Origin: Phaeosaccion multiseriatum
Taxonomy: Eukaryota; Protista; Ochrophyta, other classes
Length of the DNA: 64,000 nucleotides
Direction of reading: 5' to 3'
Assembly (NCBI GenBank): GCA_965112735.1
Contig: OZ218953.1
Coordinates: forward strand, 3,782,001-3,846,000
Both the position numbers and the translations under genes were made by a program. This document shows, piece by piece, positions 62,350 through 64,000 of this stretch. Each line of letters opens with the position of its first letter. The stretch's first letter is position 1. The notes under the pieces are model-generated. The model saw only the letters and a list, made by a program, of their open reading frames with translations, was not told where the DNA came from and searched no databases.

Positions 62350-63025
62350 AGACCTAAGGCCGACATGAGGGCTTGACTCCGGCAGGCCCGAACACTACTG
62401 CTGCCCGTGACTTCTCCCCCCTCTTGTGCAGCAGGATCCCTTCCACTGCACCAGCAGAAAGCAGCGGCGGCAGCAGGAGGAGTGTGAACAGCGGCAGCAG
62501 CAGCGGCAGCAGCAGAAGTGCGAAAGGACTACCACCACCACCAGCACCAGCAGCAGGAGAGAGAGAAGCCCTAGCTTTCAGCCCAGCTAAACTGGGTCAG
62601 ACGCAGAGTGCGAGCATTAGCGGGAAAGCTTACGGTCTCCTACCTCCAGCTTTCCCCCATACTCTAGTGCGACGCTTAGAGGTAAAACTCGGCTGGCATA
62701 TAGCTGCTGCTCACCAGAGCGAGAACCCAAGCACCTGCTGCATTGAGTGCCAATGTGGCATTCCCCCCTATGCGCAACGCAGGGCCTCAAATACACACAA
62801 CCGTTGATGTAGTAGAGTGTTTTTTTTTTCTTTTTCTTCCACACCCTTCCTGGACTGCAATCGGCAAGCGCCCCGTCAACTCGCGGTTCCTCGGTGCCAA
62901 TCGTCCTTTCATCCCCGAGAACATTCCCTTTCAAGCCAATCTGGTTGTAAACCTTACGACCGGACTGGTATAGCCTCTCACCCGCTCGTCCGCGGAGGTC
63001 TCGTGTCCCTAGACGCGAACGGAGC

Positions 63026-63027
<2 letters not shown>

Positions 63028-63091
<64 letters not shown>

Positions 63092-63208
63092 CATATGTAT
63101 AATATATATATATTATATATTATATCTTATATATATAATTTTTATATATATAATATATATATAATATATATATATAAAAAATTATATATATATTATATAT
63201 ATATATCA
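63028..63208. repeat. (TA)n and degenerate AT-only tract
   Basis: About 180 bp of almost pure A/T in a GC-rich window. Confidence 0.92.
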
Positions 63209-64000
63209 TAGGGCCACCCGTCGTGCTCTCTACCTCAGAAAAAGACGGGCCATACACCCTCTAGCGGCTTCAGGCGTCGCGTGTGTGCGTCTCCTCAGCG
63301 CGGCGGACCGCGGGTGCGGGAGTCAAGAGCGTCGGGTGTAGGAACGTCGCGCCCTATTCTCTCTCGTCCTACCTGACCAGCGCTTGCCCAGCGAGGGGAA
63401 TGCTGCTCGTCCAACGACCAGTCTACGGGCGCAGATGCCTCTTCCCCTTGTCCCTTCAAAATTGCGGCAGAGCTGGATCTGGAACTTCGTCTCAGTCTCT
63501 TGCTGGTTACCTCTATTCAAAGTCCATGCTTGTCGCAGAAGTCTTCCTCGTCCGTACTCAGTGCCTTTCTGAAGAAGAGCGGCTGGTCGGGATGCTTGGA
63601 GCTGCGTACTGAGAAGGCAAACTCGAATCCTGCCCCTGCCCAGCCCTCACGAACGCCTCGCTCACTCACGTTCTCTCCTTTGTGCCTGTTGCAAACGGGG
63701 GAACGAAAATGTAACAAACAACTTAGATCAGTGGGTCCCGGGAATTGCACTGGGCACTTCGCTCAGAAGAAGCGCAGGTCGTGTGGAGCAGCATGGATGA
63801 TATGATTGGGTACTCACGGGGTTTTGGCTGAGAGATTCGCCTGGCCCAGCTGCAGGTCCAGAGCCTCCCGAGACGCCGCACCCTTCTTACTCTTTGTACT
63901 GGCCTTTGTGCTCGCCCGTGAAGGGGTCTTGGGTGTCTTAGGGTCCATGACGACGCTGTGAAGCTCTTCAGCTCATAGAATAAACCAGCTTCCCAGCGCC

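Noticed and set aside
63280-63950. Possible small minus-strand gene starting MDPKTPKTPSRAST
   Set aside because: No consistent spliced ORF or family motif could be established.

Overview
This is a gene-dense, GC-rich, intron-rich eukaryotic nuclear window. The lineage is probably a photosynthetic stramenopile-type alga, inferred from two signal+transit 'xA/G-F' leaders and the gene set. Reading across GT-AG introns gives about 15 genes: a YwbE/DUF2196 protein, a CPSF30-like CCCH-YTH-DCD protein, a single-exon membrane protein, a catalytically degenerate cyclophilin, a membrane-anchored S53 sedolisin, a carnitine acyltransferase, a giant F-box-like/TBC Rab-GAP, an ARK-like kinesin, an RNF5-like RING ligase, an RNase III with no recognisable dsRBD, a four-domain Ca-type channel with an EF-hand and ankyrin tail, a YnbB-like PLP enzyme, PGS1, CFDP1/SWC5 and a PNRC/Edc1-like decapping activator. 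There is also a decayed RibD-like deaminase pseudogene and many intronic microsatellites. The most unusual items are: (1) a ~770-bp nested palindromic array (A-B-A'-A-B-A'-A-B') at 34.8-35.6 kb between convergent 3' ends, about 2 kb from the RNase III gene; (2) the ankyrin-tailed channel with an E-E-D-E filter; (3) the CPSF30-YTH-DCD fusion with a frame break in a G13 run. All family calls come from motif recognition by eye; no database searches were run, and exon boundaries are manual.
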